The notes beneath the pieces are model-generated. The model saw only the letters and a list, made by a program, of their open reading frames with translations, was not told where the DNA came from and made no database searches. From the NCBI GenBank assembly GCA_034435355.1, contig DAOTXE010000024.1, positions 7,017 through 71,016 on the forward strand: a DNA stretch of 64,000 bases. Direction: 5' to 3'. The stretch is from Chloroflexota bacterium. Its GTDB lineage: Bacteria > Chloroflexota > Limnocylindria > Limnocylindrales > CSP1-4. The number at the start of each line of letters is the position of its first letter. Position 1 is the first letter of the stretch. Of this stretch, positions 46,383 to 56,899 are shown one piece after another. A program made the translations under genes and the position numbers.

Positions 46383-47234
46383 GTGCGCGAGAGAAGCCTG
46401 AGCGCGCTCGTCATCGTCGGCGTCGTCGGCGTGGCGTTCGCGGCTGGCGGCATCGGGATCGTGGCACTCGCCCTCGTCCTGGCGATCACCGCGGGCCGCG
46501 AGGAAGCTCGCCTGCAGGCTGCTGGCGGGCGGCCCACCCTGACCGGGGGCGTGGTGGCCGGCGCGGCCGCCATCGTCCTCGCCGCGGCGCTGCCCCTGCT
46601 CGCCCGGGACGCGATCCCGGGCAGCGCGGCCCAGGTCGGCCGCATCTTCCCGGCGGCGCCTGCGCTCGTGGTGGCGGGGCTCGGCGTCGCGGCCCTGACC
46701 CGCCGGGATGCAGCCGCGGGCTTTGGAGCCTGGTCGGCAACGACGTTCGGCGCGCTCTACGTCGGCCTCTTGGGCGCTCTCGCATGGCTCGCGGTATCGG
46801 CCCCGACCGGGGCGCCGCCGGCGCTGCTCGGGGATGGCCGGGCGTGGCCCGTCCTGCTCGTGGCTGCCGTCTGGAGCTTCGACACCGGCGCCTACCTCGT
46901 TGGGCGGACGATCGGGCGCCACCCGTTCCTGCCCTGGATCTCGGCGCACAAGACCGTCGAAGGAGTCGCCGGGGGTCTCGTGGCGGCGACATGCGCGACC
47001 GCCGTCGTGCTTGCGCTCCTCGGCCGGGATCCCGTCGAAGGCCTGGTTCTGGGGCCGCTCCTCGGTGCAGCCGCCCAGGGGGGAGACCTTGCCGAGAGCC
47101 TGCTCAAGCGGGCGGCCGGCGCCAAGGACTCGGGTGCTCTCATCCCTGGACACGGCGGGATCCTGGATCGCATCGATTCCTTCCTGTTCGCCGGTCCCGT
47201 CCTGGTGGCGTATGTCGCGCTCTTCGTCTCCTGA
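46383..47234 (+). CDS. cdsA: Phosphatidate cytidylyltransferase
   Basis: Polytopic membrane protein. DTGAY..GR..G.H, ISA.KT.EG, GDL.ESLLKR..G.KDSG.LIPGHGGILDR.DS. Confidence 0.92.
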   Translation: MRERSLSALVIVGVVGVAFAAGGIGIVALALVLAITAGREEARLQAAGGRPTLTGGVVAGAAAIVLAAALPLLARDAIPGSAAQVGRIFPAAPALVVAGLGVAALTRRDAAAGFGAWSATTFGALYVGLLGALAWLAVSAPTGAPPALLGDGRAWPVLLVAAVWSFDTGAYLVGRTIGRHPFLPWISAHKTVEGVAGGLVAATCATAVVLALLGRDPVEGLVLGPLLGAAAQGGDLAESLLKRAAGAKDSGALIPGHGGILDRIDSFLFAGPVLVAYVALFVS

Positions 47235-48441
47235 CCGGCCGCGCGGCGTCGCGCTCCTCGGCTCGGGCGGCTCGATCGGCCGGCAGGCGCTCGACGTGCT
47301 CGGGCGGCTCGCGCCAGACTGGCGCGTGGTGGCGCTTGCGACGGGCTCGCAGGCGGCTCTCCTCGAGACCCAGGCGCGCGAGTTCCACCCGCGGGTTGTC
47401 GCCCTGGCCGACGACGCGTCCCTCGACCTGCCCGCGGGCACGCACCGGGTCACCGGCCCGGACGCGCTGGTCGAGATCGCGACCCGGCAGGACGTCGACC
47501 TCGTCGTCGTGGGGACGGGCGGAATCGTCAGCCTCCGGGCCACGCTGGCCGCGCTCCGAGCCGGCAAGGTCGTCGCGACCGCGAACAAGGAGACCCTGGT
47601 GGCGGGCGGTCACCTCGTGTTGGCCGAAGCCCGCGCCCGCGCTGCCGAGCATGCCGCGACGGACCCGCGCGGACCGCTCGCGAGCCCGCTCGACTGGCTC
47701 AGGCCGATCGATTCCGAGCACTCCGCGATCTGGCAATGCCTGGTCGGCGAAGAGATGTCGGGAGTCGCCGGGCTGATTCTCACGGCTTCGGGCGGCCCGT
47801 TCATCGACACGCCGGCAGCCGCCTTCGGAAGCATCACGCCCGACGTGGCGCTGCGTCATCCGACGTGGAGCATGGGGGCGAAGATCACGATCGACTCGGC
47901 GACGCTCGCCAACAAGGGCCTCGAGGTGATCGAGGCCCATTGGCTCTACGGCATGGAGTACGCGGCGATCGAGGTCGTGGTCCACCCCCAGGCGGTGGTC
48001 CACTCGGCCGTGCGCTTCGTCGATGGATCGATGAAGGCGCAGATGGGCACGCCGGATATGCGGCTGCCGATCCAGTACGCGATCACGCATCCGGCCCGAC
48101 GGCCCTCACCGGTCGTGGCGCCGGACCTCGTGGCGGCCGGCCGCCTGGATTTCCGGGCGCCGGACGAAGCCCGGTTCCCGGCGCTGCGGATCGCCCGCGA
48201 GGCGGGGGCGCTCGGTTCGCGCGCGACCGCCGTGCTCATCGCGGCGGATGACGTCGCGGTGACGCGCTTCCTGCGGGGCACCCTCGACTTCCCGGGCATC
48301 CCGCGCCTCCTCGAAGCGGCCGTGGACCGCTTCGGGACGGGGCCCGGGCAGGCTCCGGGGTACGATGAGCTCGTCGCGCTGGACCGCGTCGTGCACGCGT
48401 CGTTCGGCGCGCCGGGAACGGCCGGCCCGCACCCCGCGTAG
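47212..48441 (+). CDS. dxr: 1-deoxy-D-xylulose 5-phosphate reductoisomerase
   Basis: ATG 47212 (23-nt overlap with cdsA). LLGSGGSIGRQALDV, LANKE.LV, IDSEHSAI.QCL, LTASGGPF, HP.WSMG.KITIDSAT..NKGLEVIEA. Confidence 0.93.
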   Translation: MSRSSSPDRPRGVALLGSGGSIGRQALDVLGRLAPDWRVVALATGSQAALLETQAREFHPRVVALADDASLDLPAGTHRVTGPDALVEIATRQDVDLVVVGTGGIVSLRATLAALRAGKVVATANKETLVAGGHLVLAEARARAAEHAATDPRGPLASPLDWLRPIDSEHSAIWQCLVGEEMSGVAGLILTASGGPFIDTPAAAFGSITPDVALRHPTWSMGAKITIDSATLANKGLEVIEAHWLYGMEYAAIEVVVHPQAVVHSAVRFVDGSMKAQMGTPDMRLPIQYAITHPARRPSPVVAPDLVAAGRLDFRAPDEARFPALRIAREAGALGSRATAVLIAADDVAVTRFLRGTLDFPGIPRLLEAAVDRFGTGPGQAPGYDELVALDRVVHASFGAPGTAGPHPA

Positions 48442-48448
48442 GAGAAGC

Positions 48449-49603
48449 ATGCCGATCATCCAGGGCGCCATCACGATCGTCATCTTCCTCGTGATCCTGT
48501 GCGCCCTCATCGTCATCCACGAGTTCGGGCACTTCGTGACGGCGCGCCTCTTCGGAATGCGCGTGCACGAGTTTGCCATCGGGATGGGCCCGCGGGCGCG
48601 GGTGCTGCGGGCGAAGGGCGAGACGGTCTACACGCTGCGCTGGCTCCCGATCGGCGGTTACGTGCTGCTCGAGGGCGAGGATGGCGACTCCGACGACCCA
48701 CGCTCCTTCACGGTTGCCCGGCTACCCAGGAAGGTGCTGGTCCTGCTCGCCGGTGTCGGCATGAACCTGCTCCTCGCCCTGGTCATCTTCACGGCTATCG
48801 CCTGGCTCGCCTCGCCCATCGCCGGGGCGCGCTTCTGGGAGGTCGATCCGGGGTCGCCCGCTGCGGCCGCCGGATTGCAGCCGGGCGACGCGATCGTGTC
48901 GGTCAATGGCACCGCCTACGACATGTTTGCGTCGCAGGACGTCCTGGGGGCCATCCGCGCGGATGCCGGCCAGACCGTCACGCTGGGGATCGAGCGCAAC
49001 GGCGCGCGCATCGCGGTCCCGGTCACGCTCCGGCCGGCCAGCCAGGTCGATGCAACCCACGGGACGCTGGGCATCTCGGGGCGCACGCGGCCCTTCGAGC
49101 TGATGTACCCGGGCAGCTACGACGGAAGGCCCTTCGGCGCGGCGGTTGCCCTGGGTGTCGACCTGACGGGGCGGGCCTTCGGGATGATCTGGAACGGCCT
49201 CGCGTCGCTTGTCACGTCGATCGCCTCGCATCCGACGCAGGCGCCGCCGGTGACCGGTCCGGTCGGGATCGCCGTCCAGGTTGGCGACGTGTTCTGGCAG
49301 CTCGGGCCGATCTTCACGCTCTACCTGGCAGGTCTGCTCTCGGCGAACCTCGCCCTGGTCAACGTCCTGCCGTTCCCGCCCCTCGACGGAGGCCGCATCC
49401 TCGTGCTTCTCCTCAAGTCGCTGCTGGCGCGGGGTGGCGCGCTGATGCGCCGGGCAGGGATCTCGGGCGTCGGCCCGTCGACCGAGACCGCGATCTCCGT
49501 TGAACGCCTGACCTATCTCGTCGGGTTCGTCTTCCTGTTCGGGTTCCTGATCTGGATCACGTACTTCGACATCGTGCGCCAGGTCGGCGGAGGCACCCCG
49601 TGA
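48449..49603 (+). CDS. rseP: Site-2 (M50) zinc metalloprotease with PDZ domain
   Basis: HEFGHF zinc motif in TM1, PIGGYV, PDZ ([18 protein letters not shown]), NL.L..VN.LP.PPLDGG. Confidence 0.88.
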   Translation: MPIIQGAITIVIFLVILCALIVIHEFGHFVTARLFGMRVHEFAIGMGPRARVLRAKGETVYTLRWLPIGGYVLLEGEDGDSDDPRSFTVARLPRKVLVLLAGVGMNLLLALVIFTAIAWLASPIAGARFWEVDPGSPAAAAGLQPGDAIVSVNGTAYDMFASQDVLGAIRADAGQTVTLGIERNGARIAVPVTLRPASQVDATHGTLGISGRTRPFELMYPGSYDGRPFGAAVALGVDLTGRAFGMIWNGLASLVTSIASHPTQAPPVTGPVGIAVQVGDVFWQLGPIFTLYLAGLLSANLALVNVLPFPPLDGGRILVLLLKSLLARGGALMRRAGISGVGPSTETAISVERLTYLVGFVFLFGFLIWITYFDIVRQVGGGTP

Positions 49604-50865
49604 CCGGGCCGGCCGACCTGCGACCCCCTCGCCGGCCGAGCGTCTCGGTCGACGTCGGTGGCGTGCTGGTCGGAAGCGCCCACCCGATCGTGGTCCAATC
49701 CATGACGAACACGGACACGGCGGACGCCGACGCGACCGCGCTCCAGGTCGTCCATCTTGCGGCCGCCGGGTCGCAGCTCGTCCGGGTCACGGTGAACACC
49801 GAGGCGGCCGCTGCCGCCATCCCCGAGATGGTCCGCAAGGTTCGCGATCTCGGCTTCGAGACGCCGATCGTCGGCGACTTCCACTACAACGGGCACCAGC
49901 TCCTCGTGGCGTACCCGGAGGCCGCCAGGGCGCTCGCGAAGTACCGGATCAATCCCGGCAACGTGGGTGGGAAGCGCCACGACGACAACTTCCAGACGAT
50001 CGTGCGCGTGGCGATCGAGCACGACCGGCCGGTCCGCATCGGGGTGAACTGGGGCTCACTGGACCCGGCCCTGCTGACCTCGATGATGGAGGCGAACGCC
50101 GCGCTCGCGACACCCCGGGAGAGCCGGGAGGTGATGATCGAGGCGATGCTCGCCTCAGCGCTCCGGTCCGCCGAGCTTGCCGAGGAGACCGGCCTGCCCC
50201 ACGATCGCATCATCCTGAGCGCGAAAGTGTCGAACGTCCGCGACCTGGTGGAGGTCTATCGGCGCCTGGCGGAGCGCTGCGACTATCCGCTCCACCTCGG
50301 CCTCACGGAGGCCGGGATGGGCATGAAGGGGATCGTCGCGTCCACGGCCGGCCTGAGCGTGCTGCTCAGCGAGGGGATCGGCGACACCATCCGGGTCTCG
50401 CTGACACCGGAGCCCGGTGCCGGGCGCGAGCTCGAGGTGGAGGTCGCCCAGCAGGTCCTCCAGTCCCTGGGTTTGCGCAGCTTCATGCCCCAGGTGAGCG
50501 CCTGCCCCGGGTGCGGCCGCACGACCTCGGTCTTCTTCCAGGAGATGGCGCGCGACATCCAGGGCTACCTGCGTGACCGGATGCCGGCGTGGCGGGAAAC
50601 CCACCCGGGCGTCGAGGACCTGCGGGTCGCCGTCATGGGTTGCGTCGTGAACGGTCCGGGTGAGAGCAGGCACGCCGACATCGGGATCAGCCTGCCCGGC
50701 ACGTTCGAGGATCCCGTCGCGCCCGTCTTCGTGGACGGCAGGCTCCACGCGACCTTCCGGGGCGACGACATCGTCGCGCGCTTCATCGACCTGCTCGAAA
50801 CGTACGTGGAGCAGCGCTACCCGGCACCCGGGGAAGCCGGCGCGCGGATCTCGGTCGGCGGCTGA
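49600..50865 (+). CDS. ispG: 4-hydroxy-3-methylbut-2-en-1-yl diphosphate synthase
   Basis: [61 protein letters not shown] overlap with rseP. Confidence 0.94.
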   Translation: MTGPADLRPPRRPSVSVDVGGVLVGSAHPIVVQSMTNTDTADADATALQVVHLAAAGSQLVRVTVNTEAAAAAIPEMVRKVRDLGFETPIVGDFHYNGHQLLVAYPEAARALAKYRINPGNVGGKRHDDNFQTIVRVAIEHDRPVRIGVNWGSLDPALLTSMMEANAALATPRESREVMIEAMLASALRSAELAEETGLPHDRIILSAKVSNVRDLVEVYRRLAERCDYPLHLGLTEAGMGMKGIVASTAGLSVLLSEGIGDTIRVSLTPEPGAGRELEVEVAQQVLQSLGLRSFMPQVSACPGCGRTTSVFFQEMARDIQGYLRDRMPAWRETHPGVEDLRVAVMGCVVNGPGESRHADIGISLPGTFEDPVAPVFVDGRLHATFRGDDIVARFIDLLETYVEQRYPAPGEAGARISVGG

Positions 50866-50934
50866 GCTCGCCGGCGCGGCTCCCCGGCGCCTGCGCCCGC
50901 GATCCCCGGCGGGGAGGCGGACTGCCGGGTGGGG

Positions 50935-50940
50935 TATACT
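50935..50940 (+). promoter_or_regulatory. Putative -10 element TATACT of the nusA-ylxR-infB operon
   Basis: GGGGTATACTCCGG in the 184-nt ispG-nusA spacer, 110 nt upstream of the nusA ATG. Confidence 0.45.
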
Positions 50941-50968
50941 CCGGCCAACTTCGACCGCGCCGCTCCTG

Positions 50969-50995
50969 ACGTGGGTGACCCCCACGTTTTTCTTT
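50969..50995 (+). terminator. Intrinsic terminator-like hairpin with U-tract in the nusA leader (candidate attenuator)
   Basis: ACGTGGG-tgacc-CCCACGT followed by TTTTCTTTC. This is the only T5-containing run I found in the window. It lies about 30 nt downstream of the putative -10 and 55 nt upstream of the nusA ATG. Confidence 0.6.
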
Positions 50996-51049
50996 CGGTC
51001 GGCTGGGACCAGCCGCCACGGTCGGACACGAGCTTGGAGGTGGACGGAC

Positions 51050-52195
51050 ATGAGCCGCGACTTCGTGGGCGCGCTCCTCCAGCTCAACGCCGAGAAAGGC
51101 GTCCCGCGGGAGCACCTGGTCCTCACCATCTCCGACGCGATCGAGTCCGCCTATCGGCGCATCCCCGGCAACGAGGACGTTCGCGTCCGGATCGACCCGG
51201 AGCGCGGCGAGATGCTCGTGACCCGCGAGCGACGCGTCGTCGACGTCGTGGAGGACCCGCTCACCGAGCTGTCCGTCGAGGAGGCGCGCGCGATCAAGCT
51301 GGACGCGGAGGTGGGCGAGGAGATCGTCACCGAGCAGCTGGGCCAGGACGCGTTCGGACGGATCGGCGCGCAGACGGCCAAGCAGGTCGTCCTGCAGCGC
51401 CTGCGCGAGGCCGAGCGTGACGTCGTCTACGACCAGTTCGCGAGTCGCGAGGGCGACCTAATCACGGGGACGGTCAACCGGGTGGAGCCCCGGGCGATCA
51501 TCCTGGATCTCGGCAAGGCGGAGGCCATCCTCGCCACGACGGAGCAGTCGCCCGTCGAGCACTACCGGATCGGTCAGAACGTGAAGGCGTTCGTGCTCGA
51601 GGTCCGGCGCGCGCCGCGGGGACCCCAGGTTCTCGTGAGCCGCACCCACAAGGGCTTCCTGCGCCGCCTGTTCGAGCTCGAGGTCCCGGAGATCCACGCG
51701 GGAACGGTCGAGATCAAGGCGATCGCCCGGGAGCCGGGAAGCCGCTCCAAGGTGGCGGTGGCGTCTCGCCAGGAGGGCCTTGACCCGGTCGGGGCGACGG
51801 TCGGCCAGCGCGGAGCCCGCGTGCAGGCCGTCGTGGCCGAGCTCGCCGGCGAGAAGATCGACGTGATCGAGTGGAACGAGGACCCGGCGGTCTTCGTCGC
51901 AAAGGCGCTCAGCCCCGCGCAGGTCGTGGCCGTGCACATCGACGAGGAGCACCGGATCGCCAACGTGGTGGTGCCCGAGAAGATGCTCTCGCTCGCGATC
52001 GGGCGGGAGGGGCAGAACGCGCGGCTCGCCGCGAAGATGACCGGCTGGCGGATCGACATCCGCAGCGACGTGCAGGCCCACGAAGCGGCGGCGCTGCCGC
52101 CCGTGGTCGCGAGCGATGCCGAGGACCTGGGGCGGGTTGCTCTGCGCGAGGCACCTCTGGCCGCCGACGAGACGGCGGCGGAGGTGACACCGTAG
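51050..52195 (+). CDS. nusA: Transcription termination/antitermination factor NusA (NTD-S1-KH1-KH2, no AR repeats)
   Basis: ATG 51050 with GGAGG SD. L..EKG......V...I..A......RID...GE, S1 (GD.ITG.V.R......I.DLGK.EAIL), KH (RE.G.RSKVAV.S...G.DPVGA.VG.RG.RV, IGREGQNARLAA..TGW.IDI). Confidence 0.94.
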   Translation: MSRDFVGALLQLNAEKGVPREHLVLTISDAIESAYRRIPGNEDVRVRIDPERGEMLVTRERRVVDVVEDPLTELSVEEARAIKLDAEVGEEIVTEQLGQDAFGRIGAQTAKQVVLQRLREAERDVVYDQFASREGDLITGTVNRVEPRAIILDLGKAEAILATTEQSPVEHYRIGQNVKAFVLEVRRAPRGPQVLVSRTHKGFLRRLFELEVPEIHAGTVEIKAIAREPGSRSKVAVASRQEGLDPVGATVGQRGARVQAVVAELAGEKIDVIEWNEDPAVFVAKALSPAQVVAVHIDEEHRIANVVVPEKMLSLAIGREGQNARLAAKMTGWRIDIRSDVQAHEAAALPPVVASDAEDLGRVALREAPLAADETAAEVTP

Positions 52196-52203
52196 CGCGG
52201 CGC

Positions 52204-52521
52204 GTGCCCGGCGGGCTGCTTCCTCGGCGGCATCCGACCCGGACCTGCGTCGCCTGCCGGACGTCGCGCCCGAAGCGCGAGCTGCTGCGCGTCGTCCGCA
52301 CACCGGCCGGCGACGTCATCGTCGACCCGACCGGACGCGCACCGGGGCGCGGAGCGTACGTGTGCGCCGACCCGGCTTGCCAGGAGGCAGCGCTGGCGAA
52401 GGGCTCACTGCGACGGGCCCTGGCCGTCTCGATCCCGGTCGGGCTGTTCGCCGGGCGGGAGTCGACAGATGCCGCGTCAACCCACATCCTGAATGACGAC
52501 GATCGAGAAGGAGGGGCCTGA
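52204..52521 (+). CDS. ylxR: YlxR/DUF448 family RNA-binding protein
   Basis: GTG 52204: [11 protein letters not shown]...PKRELLR.V........D..G...GRGAYVC....C. Conserved between nusA and infB. Confidence 0.85.
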   Translation: MPGGLLPRRHPTRTCVACRTSRPKRELLRVVRTPAGDVIVDPTGRAPGRGAYVCADPACQEAALAKGSLRRALAVSIPVGLFAGRESTDAASTHILNDDDREGGA

Positions 52522-54419
52522 TGGCCAGGAGCAGGAGCGGGACGCGCGGGCGCCGCGGGCCTCGCAAGCCACAGCGGCGCGAGGGCGGATCGTTCGCGGC
52601 CGTCTCGGTCGCCGAGCCGCGAGATCGCGCCGCAGTCGTTCTGCCGCCCACCATCACCGTGAAGGAGCTCGCGGAAGTCCTGGCGGTCAATCCCGCCGAT
52701 GTGATCCGGGAGCTGATCAAGAGCGGGATCTTCGCGACGATCAACCAGCTCATCGACCGCGACACCGCGTCGCTGGTCGCGACGGAGCTCGGCTTCGAGA
52801 CCGCGGAGGCGGAAGCGCCCGCGGCCGCGTCCGAGGAGGAGGGCACGGAGGCGCCGGCCCCGGCCACCAAGGTCACCCTCTTCGTCGACGATGACCTGAG
52901 CCTGCTCGTGCCTCGCTCGCCGATCGTCACGGTCATGGGCCACGTCGACCACGGCAAGACGAGCCTGCTCGATGCGATCCGGAGCACCTCCGTGGCGGCG
53001 GGGGAGCGCGGCGGAATCACCCAGCACATCGGCGCGTCCGAGATCGTGCGGGAGGACAAGAAGGTCGTCTTCCTCGACACGCCCGGCCACGAGGCCTTCA
53101 CGGCGATGCGTGCTCGCGGCGCCAAGGTCACGGACATCGCGATCATCGTGGTCGCGGCCGACGACGGCGTGATGCCCCAGACGCTCGAGGCGATCTCCCA
53201 CGCTCGGGCCGCGAAGGTCCCGATCATCATCGCGCTCAACAAGATCGACAAGCCGGACGCGAATCCGGACCGCGTCAAGACCGAGCTCACCGAAGCCAAC
53301 GTCGTCATCGAGGAGTACGGCGGCGACGTGCCACTCGTCCAGGTATCGGCCAAGACAGGCGAGGGCCTCGACGACCTGTTCGACATGGTCAACCTGGTCG
53401 CCGATCTCCAGGAGTTGAAGGCCAACCCGAAGCGCGAGGCGGTCGGGACGATCATCGAGGCCGAGCTCGACAAGGGTCGGGGGCCGGTCGCCACGGTCGT
53501 CGTCCAGACGGGCACGCTGCGGATCGGCAACATCGTGGTCGTGGGCAAGACGTACGGGAAGGTGAAGGCGCTCGAGAACGCGGCCGGCAAGCGCATCCAG
53601 AAGGCGGGTCCGTCGTCCGCGGCGCTCGTCCTTGGGCTGGGCGATGTGCCGGAGGCGGGCGACATCCTGCGCGTCGTCGCCGACGAGCGCACCGCGCGCA
53701 GCCTCGTGGAGCAGACGCGCAACGCCGCCGTCGCCCAGGCCGGAACGAGCCAGAAGGCAACCCTGGAGGATCTCTTCAACCAGTTCCAGGAGGGCCAGTC
53801 CAAGGAGCTCCGGATCATCCTGAAGTCGGATGTCTCCGGTTCGCTCGGGGCCATCACGCATGCCCTGGGACAGATCGTCTCCGACGAGGTGCGGATCAGC
53901 ATCCTCCACGAGGGGACGGGCGACATCACCGACAACGACATCCTCCTCGCCTCGGCCTCGAATGCCATCGTCGTCGGCTTCAACACGAAGCTCGACCCGC
54001 AGGCGCGCCGGACGGCCGAGGCCGAGAAGGTCGACGTCCGCCTGTACGACATCATCTACAAGCTCACGGACGACATCGAGGCCGCCCTCAAGGGGATGCT
54101 GGAGCCGGAGATCGTCGAGCAGGTCGAGGGTCGTGCCGAGGTCCGCCAGATCTTCCGGGTGGGCAAGAGCACGGTCGTCGCGGGCTCGTTCGTGACGGAC
54201 GGTCACATCCCACGGACGGCCGGCGTTCGCGTGTACCGCAACGGCAAGCTGATCGCCACGGACAGGCTCGACTCGCTTCGGCGCTTCCGCGACGACGTCC
54301 GCGACGTCGCCCAGGGGTACGAGTGCGGCATCGGCCTGGCAGGGTTCCATGACCTTGCCGTCGGCGACATCATCGAGGCGTTCACCCAGCAGTCGGTGAG
54401 CCGCTCGAGCCTTCGGTAG
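52521..54419 (+). CDS. infB: Translation initiation factor IF-2
   Basis: [41 protein letters not shown]-terminal beta-barrels. ATGA overlap with ylxR. Confidence 0.95.
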   Translation: MARSRSGTRGRRGPRKPQRREGGSFAAVSVAEPRDRAAVVLPPTITVKELAEVLAVNPADVIRELIKSGIFATINQLIDRDTASLVATELGFETAEAEAPAAASEEEGTEAPAPATKVTLFVDDDLSLLVPRSPIVTVMGHVDHGKTSLLDAIRSTSVAAGERGGITQHIGASEIVREDKKVVFLDTPGHEAFTAMRARGAKVTDIAIIVVAADDGVMPQTLEAISHARAAKVPIIIALNKIDKPDANPDRVKTELTEANVVIEEYGGDVPLVQVSAKTGEGLDDLFDMVNLVADLQELKANPKREAVGTIIEAELDKGRGPVATVVVQTGTLRIGNIVVVGKTYGKVKALENAAGKRIQKAGPSSAALVLGLGDVPEAGDILRVVADERTARSLVEQTRNAAVAQAGTSQKATLEDLFNQFQEGQSKELRIILKSDVSGSLGAITHALGQIVSDEVRISILHEGTGDITDNDILLASASNAIVVGFNTKLDPQARRTAEAEKVDVRLYDIIYKLTDDIEAALKGMLEPEIVEQVEGRAEVRQIFRVGKSTVVAGSFVTDGHIPRTAGVRVYRNGKLIATDRLDSLRRFRDDVRDVAQGYECGIGLAGFHDLAVGDIIEAFTQQSVSRSSLR

Positions 54420-54428
54420 CGGTCAGCG

Positions 54429-54854
54429 ATGAGCCAGCGCACGGACCGGGTCGACGAGCTCCTTCGCCAGGAGATCGGCGCGATCCTTGCCCGCGAGGTC
54501 GCGGATCCGCGGATCGGGTTCGCGACGGTGACGGACGTGGAAACCTCACCGGACCTTCAGCACGCGAAGGTCTGGATCAGCGTGATCGGCGATGCCGCCC
54601 AGCGGCGCGAGACCCTCGCCGTGCTGGACGGGGCCATGGGGTTCGTACGGCGCGAGCTCGGGGTTCGGCTCCACCTGCGGCGGATCCCCGCGCTCCACGT
54701 CGAGCTCGACTCGTCGATGGAGCACGGGACCCGCGTGCTCCAGATCCTCGACGAGCTGGAGCGCGGCGACGTTCCCCGCGCGGCGTCCCTCGCAGACGCA
54801 CCCGTGACGGAGACGCTGCCGACGCCGGTCCCGCGGCGCATGCAGGCGGGCTAG
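54429..54854 (+). CDS. rbfA: Ribosome-binding factor A
   Basis: R..RV.E.LRQEI..IL..EV.DPRIGF.TVT.VE.S.DL..AKV..SV. Confidence 0.93.
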   Translation: MSQRTDRVDELLRQEIGAILAREVADPRIGFATVTDVETSPDLQHAKVWISVIGDAAQRRETLAVLDGAMGFVRRELGVRLHLRRIPALHVELDSSMEHGTRVLQILDELERGDVPRAASLADAPVTETLPTPVPRRMQAG

Positions 54855-55874
54855 ATGCCGATCGACCTCGGGCTCGCCGCGGCGATCGTTCCCGACGACG
54901 TGGTGGAGCGCCTGCGCGGCGCGCAGCGGGTGCTCGCGATCGGCCACGAGAGCCCGGACGCGGATGCGCTGGGGGCGGCGCTCGCCATCGGCATGCTCGT
55001 GGAGTTCCTCGGGGGCCAGGCGACCGTTGCCGCCGCGGACGCCGTGCCGGACCTGTACCGGTTCCTCGACCCCAGCAACGCGGTCCGGACGGACCCGGAG
55101 CCGGACGCGACGTACGACCTCGTCGTCCTGTGCGACTGCGGCGATCTCTCCAGGGTCGGGGCGATCCGGGACCGCAATGCGGCGCTCTTCGCCGCGACGC
55201 CGCTTCTCACCATCGATCACCACGCCAGCAACGACGGTTCGGGCGGGCTCGCCTGGATCGACCCGGACGCGGCAGCGACGTGCGAGATGGTGGCGCTTCT
55301 CGCGGTCCGGCTCGGTGTTCCTCTCGGGGCGGGGGACGGAAGGCTGGCAGCGGCCCTGGCCGCCGGCATCGTGATGGACACGGCCACCTTTGCCCATCCG
55401 AACACCACACCGCGCACGCTCCTCGTGGCCGCCGCGCTGCTGGAGGCCGGGGCGCCGTTGTCGGAGGTCAGCCGGCTGCTCTACCGGACGAAGCCGGCCG
55501 CGCAGCTTGCGCTGTTCGCGAGGGTTCTCGGGCGCCTGGAATCCCACGCCGACGGCCTCGTGATCGTCTCGACGATGGAGATCGCGGACCTGGTCGCCAC
55601 CGGCGCGCGCTCGGAGCACTCCGAGGGGATCATCGACCTGCTCGCCCAGTCCGAGACGGCCGAGGTCGCGCTCCTCCTCAAAGAGCGGGACGGTGCGACC
55701 CGTCTGTCCGTGCGCACGAAGCCCGGGGGGGTGGACGCCACGGCGCTGTGCGGGACGTGGGGCGGCGGGGGACATCCACGTGCCGCCGGTGCGTCACTCC
55801 CGCTTCCCCTGGCAGATGCGGTCGCGGCCGTCCTCCCGGAGGCGGTCCGCCACGCCCGGGCGGTCGCGCGGTGA
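54855..55874 (+). CDS. nrnA: DHH/DHHA1 family phosphoesterase (NrnA-type oligoribonuclease / pAp phosphatase)
   Basis: H.SPDADALGA, DCGD, IDHH, D....F.....T, GGGH..AAG. Confidence 0.85.
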   Translation: MPIDLGLAAAIVPDDVVERLRGAQRVLAIGHESPDADALGAALAIGMLVEFLGGQATVAAADAVPDLYRFLDPSNAVRTDPEPDATYDLVVLCDCGDLSRVGAIRDRNAALFAATPLLTIDHHASNDGSGGLAWIDPDAAATCEMVALLAVRLGVPLGAGDGRLAAALAAGIVMDTATFAHPNTTPRTLLVAAALLEAGAPLSEVSRLLYRTKPAAQLALFARVLGRLESHADGLVIVSTMEIADLVATGARSEHSEGIIDLLAQSETAEVALLLKERDGATRLSVRTKPGGVDATALCGTWGGGGHPRAAGASLPLPLADAVAAVLPEAVRHARAVAR

Positions 55875-56899
55875 GCGACGAGCGTGCCGTCGCGGACGAC
55901 GGCGGCGGCGTGCGACGCCCGGTGCGTCGCGTGGATGCGGCGCTCGACGGGATCCTCGTGGTGGACAAGCCGATCGGCCCGACGTCCCACGACGTCGTCG
56001 CTATCGTCCGGCGCCTGGCGGGCACGAAGCGGATCGGTCACGGCGGGACGCTCGACCCATTCGCCTCGGGCGTGCTCCCGCTCTACCTCGGCCGCGCGAC
56101 GCGCGTCGTGGAGTTCCACCTGGGCGCGCGGAAGGCGTACCGGGCGACCGTCTGCTTCGGGGCAACCTCCACGACGGACGACCTCGAAGGCGAGCTGACG
56201 CCGTTCGAGGGCCCGGCGCCGACGAGGGCAGCCGTCGAGGCGGCCCTGGCGGGCTTCCTGGGGACGCACCGGCAGCAGCCACCGATCTTCTCGGCGCGGC
56301 TCGTCGGCGGGAGGCGCGCGTACGTGCTCGCGCGGGCCGGGCACGCAGCGGAGCTGCCGGCTCGAGACGTCACCTTCCACGACCTGTCGCTCGAGGGTTG
56401 GGACGAGACGGACCCGGAATGCCCGGTGGCGTCTGTCGCGGTGGCCTGCTCCGCCGGAACGTACATCCGCGCCCTGGCGCGCGACCTTGGGATGGCCGTC
56501 GGCAGTGCCGCCTACCTGGGCGCGCTGCGTCGGATTGCGGCGGGCCCGTTCACGCTCGACGACGCGATCGGCCTCGACCAGGCCAGGGAAGCGGCCGCAC
56601 AGGGCCGGTTCGCGGCGCTCCTCCGGCCGGTCGGCACCGGCCTCGACGACCTTCGCGCGGTGACGCTGCGCCCCGACGAGATCGTCGTGATCGCGCACGG
56701 CGGCTGGATCGGCGACGCAGGGCGGCTCCTGACGCGGGCCGGCGCCGATGCCACCCCGGGCGCGGAGGCGTCGGGATCGGAACGCGTCCGGCTCCTGGCG
56801 GAGGACGGCTCGCTCGCGGCGATCGCGCGGCGGGTCGGCGGGCGCCTGGTACCCGACAAGGTGCTCGTTTCGCGCGAGGCGCCGACAGTGAATGGCTGA
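55871..56899 (+). CDS. truB: tRNA pseudouridine(55) synthase
   Basis: GTG 55871 (GTGA overlap). GILVVDKP.GPTSHDVV, KRIGHGGTLDP.ASGVLPL, Y.A...FG..T.T.D.EG, PP.FSA, GTYIRALARD. Confidence 0.92.
   Translation: MSDERAVADDGGGVRRPVRRVDAALDGILVVDKPIGPTSHDVVAIVRRLAGTKRIGHGGTLDPFASGVLPLYLGRATRVVEFHLGARKAYRATVCFGATSTTDDLEGELTPFEGPAPTRAAVEAALAGFLGTHRQQPPIFSARLVGGRRAYVLARAGHAAELPARDVTFHDLSLEGWDETDPECPVASVAVACSAGTYIRALARDLGMAVGSAAYLGALRRIAAGPFTLDDAIGLDQAREAAAQGRFAALLRPVGTGLDDLRAVTLRPDEIVVIAHGGWIGDAGRLLTRAGADATPGAEASGSERVRLLAEDGSLAAIARRVGGRLVPDKVLVSREAPTVNG

Noticed and set aside
50866-51049. A hidden rimP or small ORF upstream of nusA
   Set aside because: The spacer is only 184 nt, too short for rimP (about 150 aa). 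It contains no ORF with an SD, and the promoter-plus-terminator interpretation fits better.
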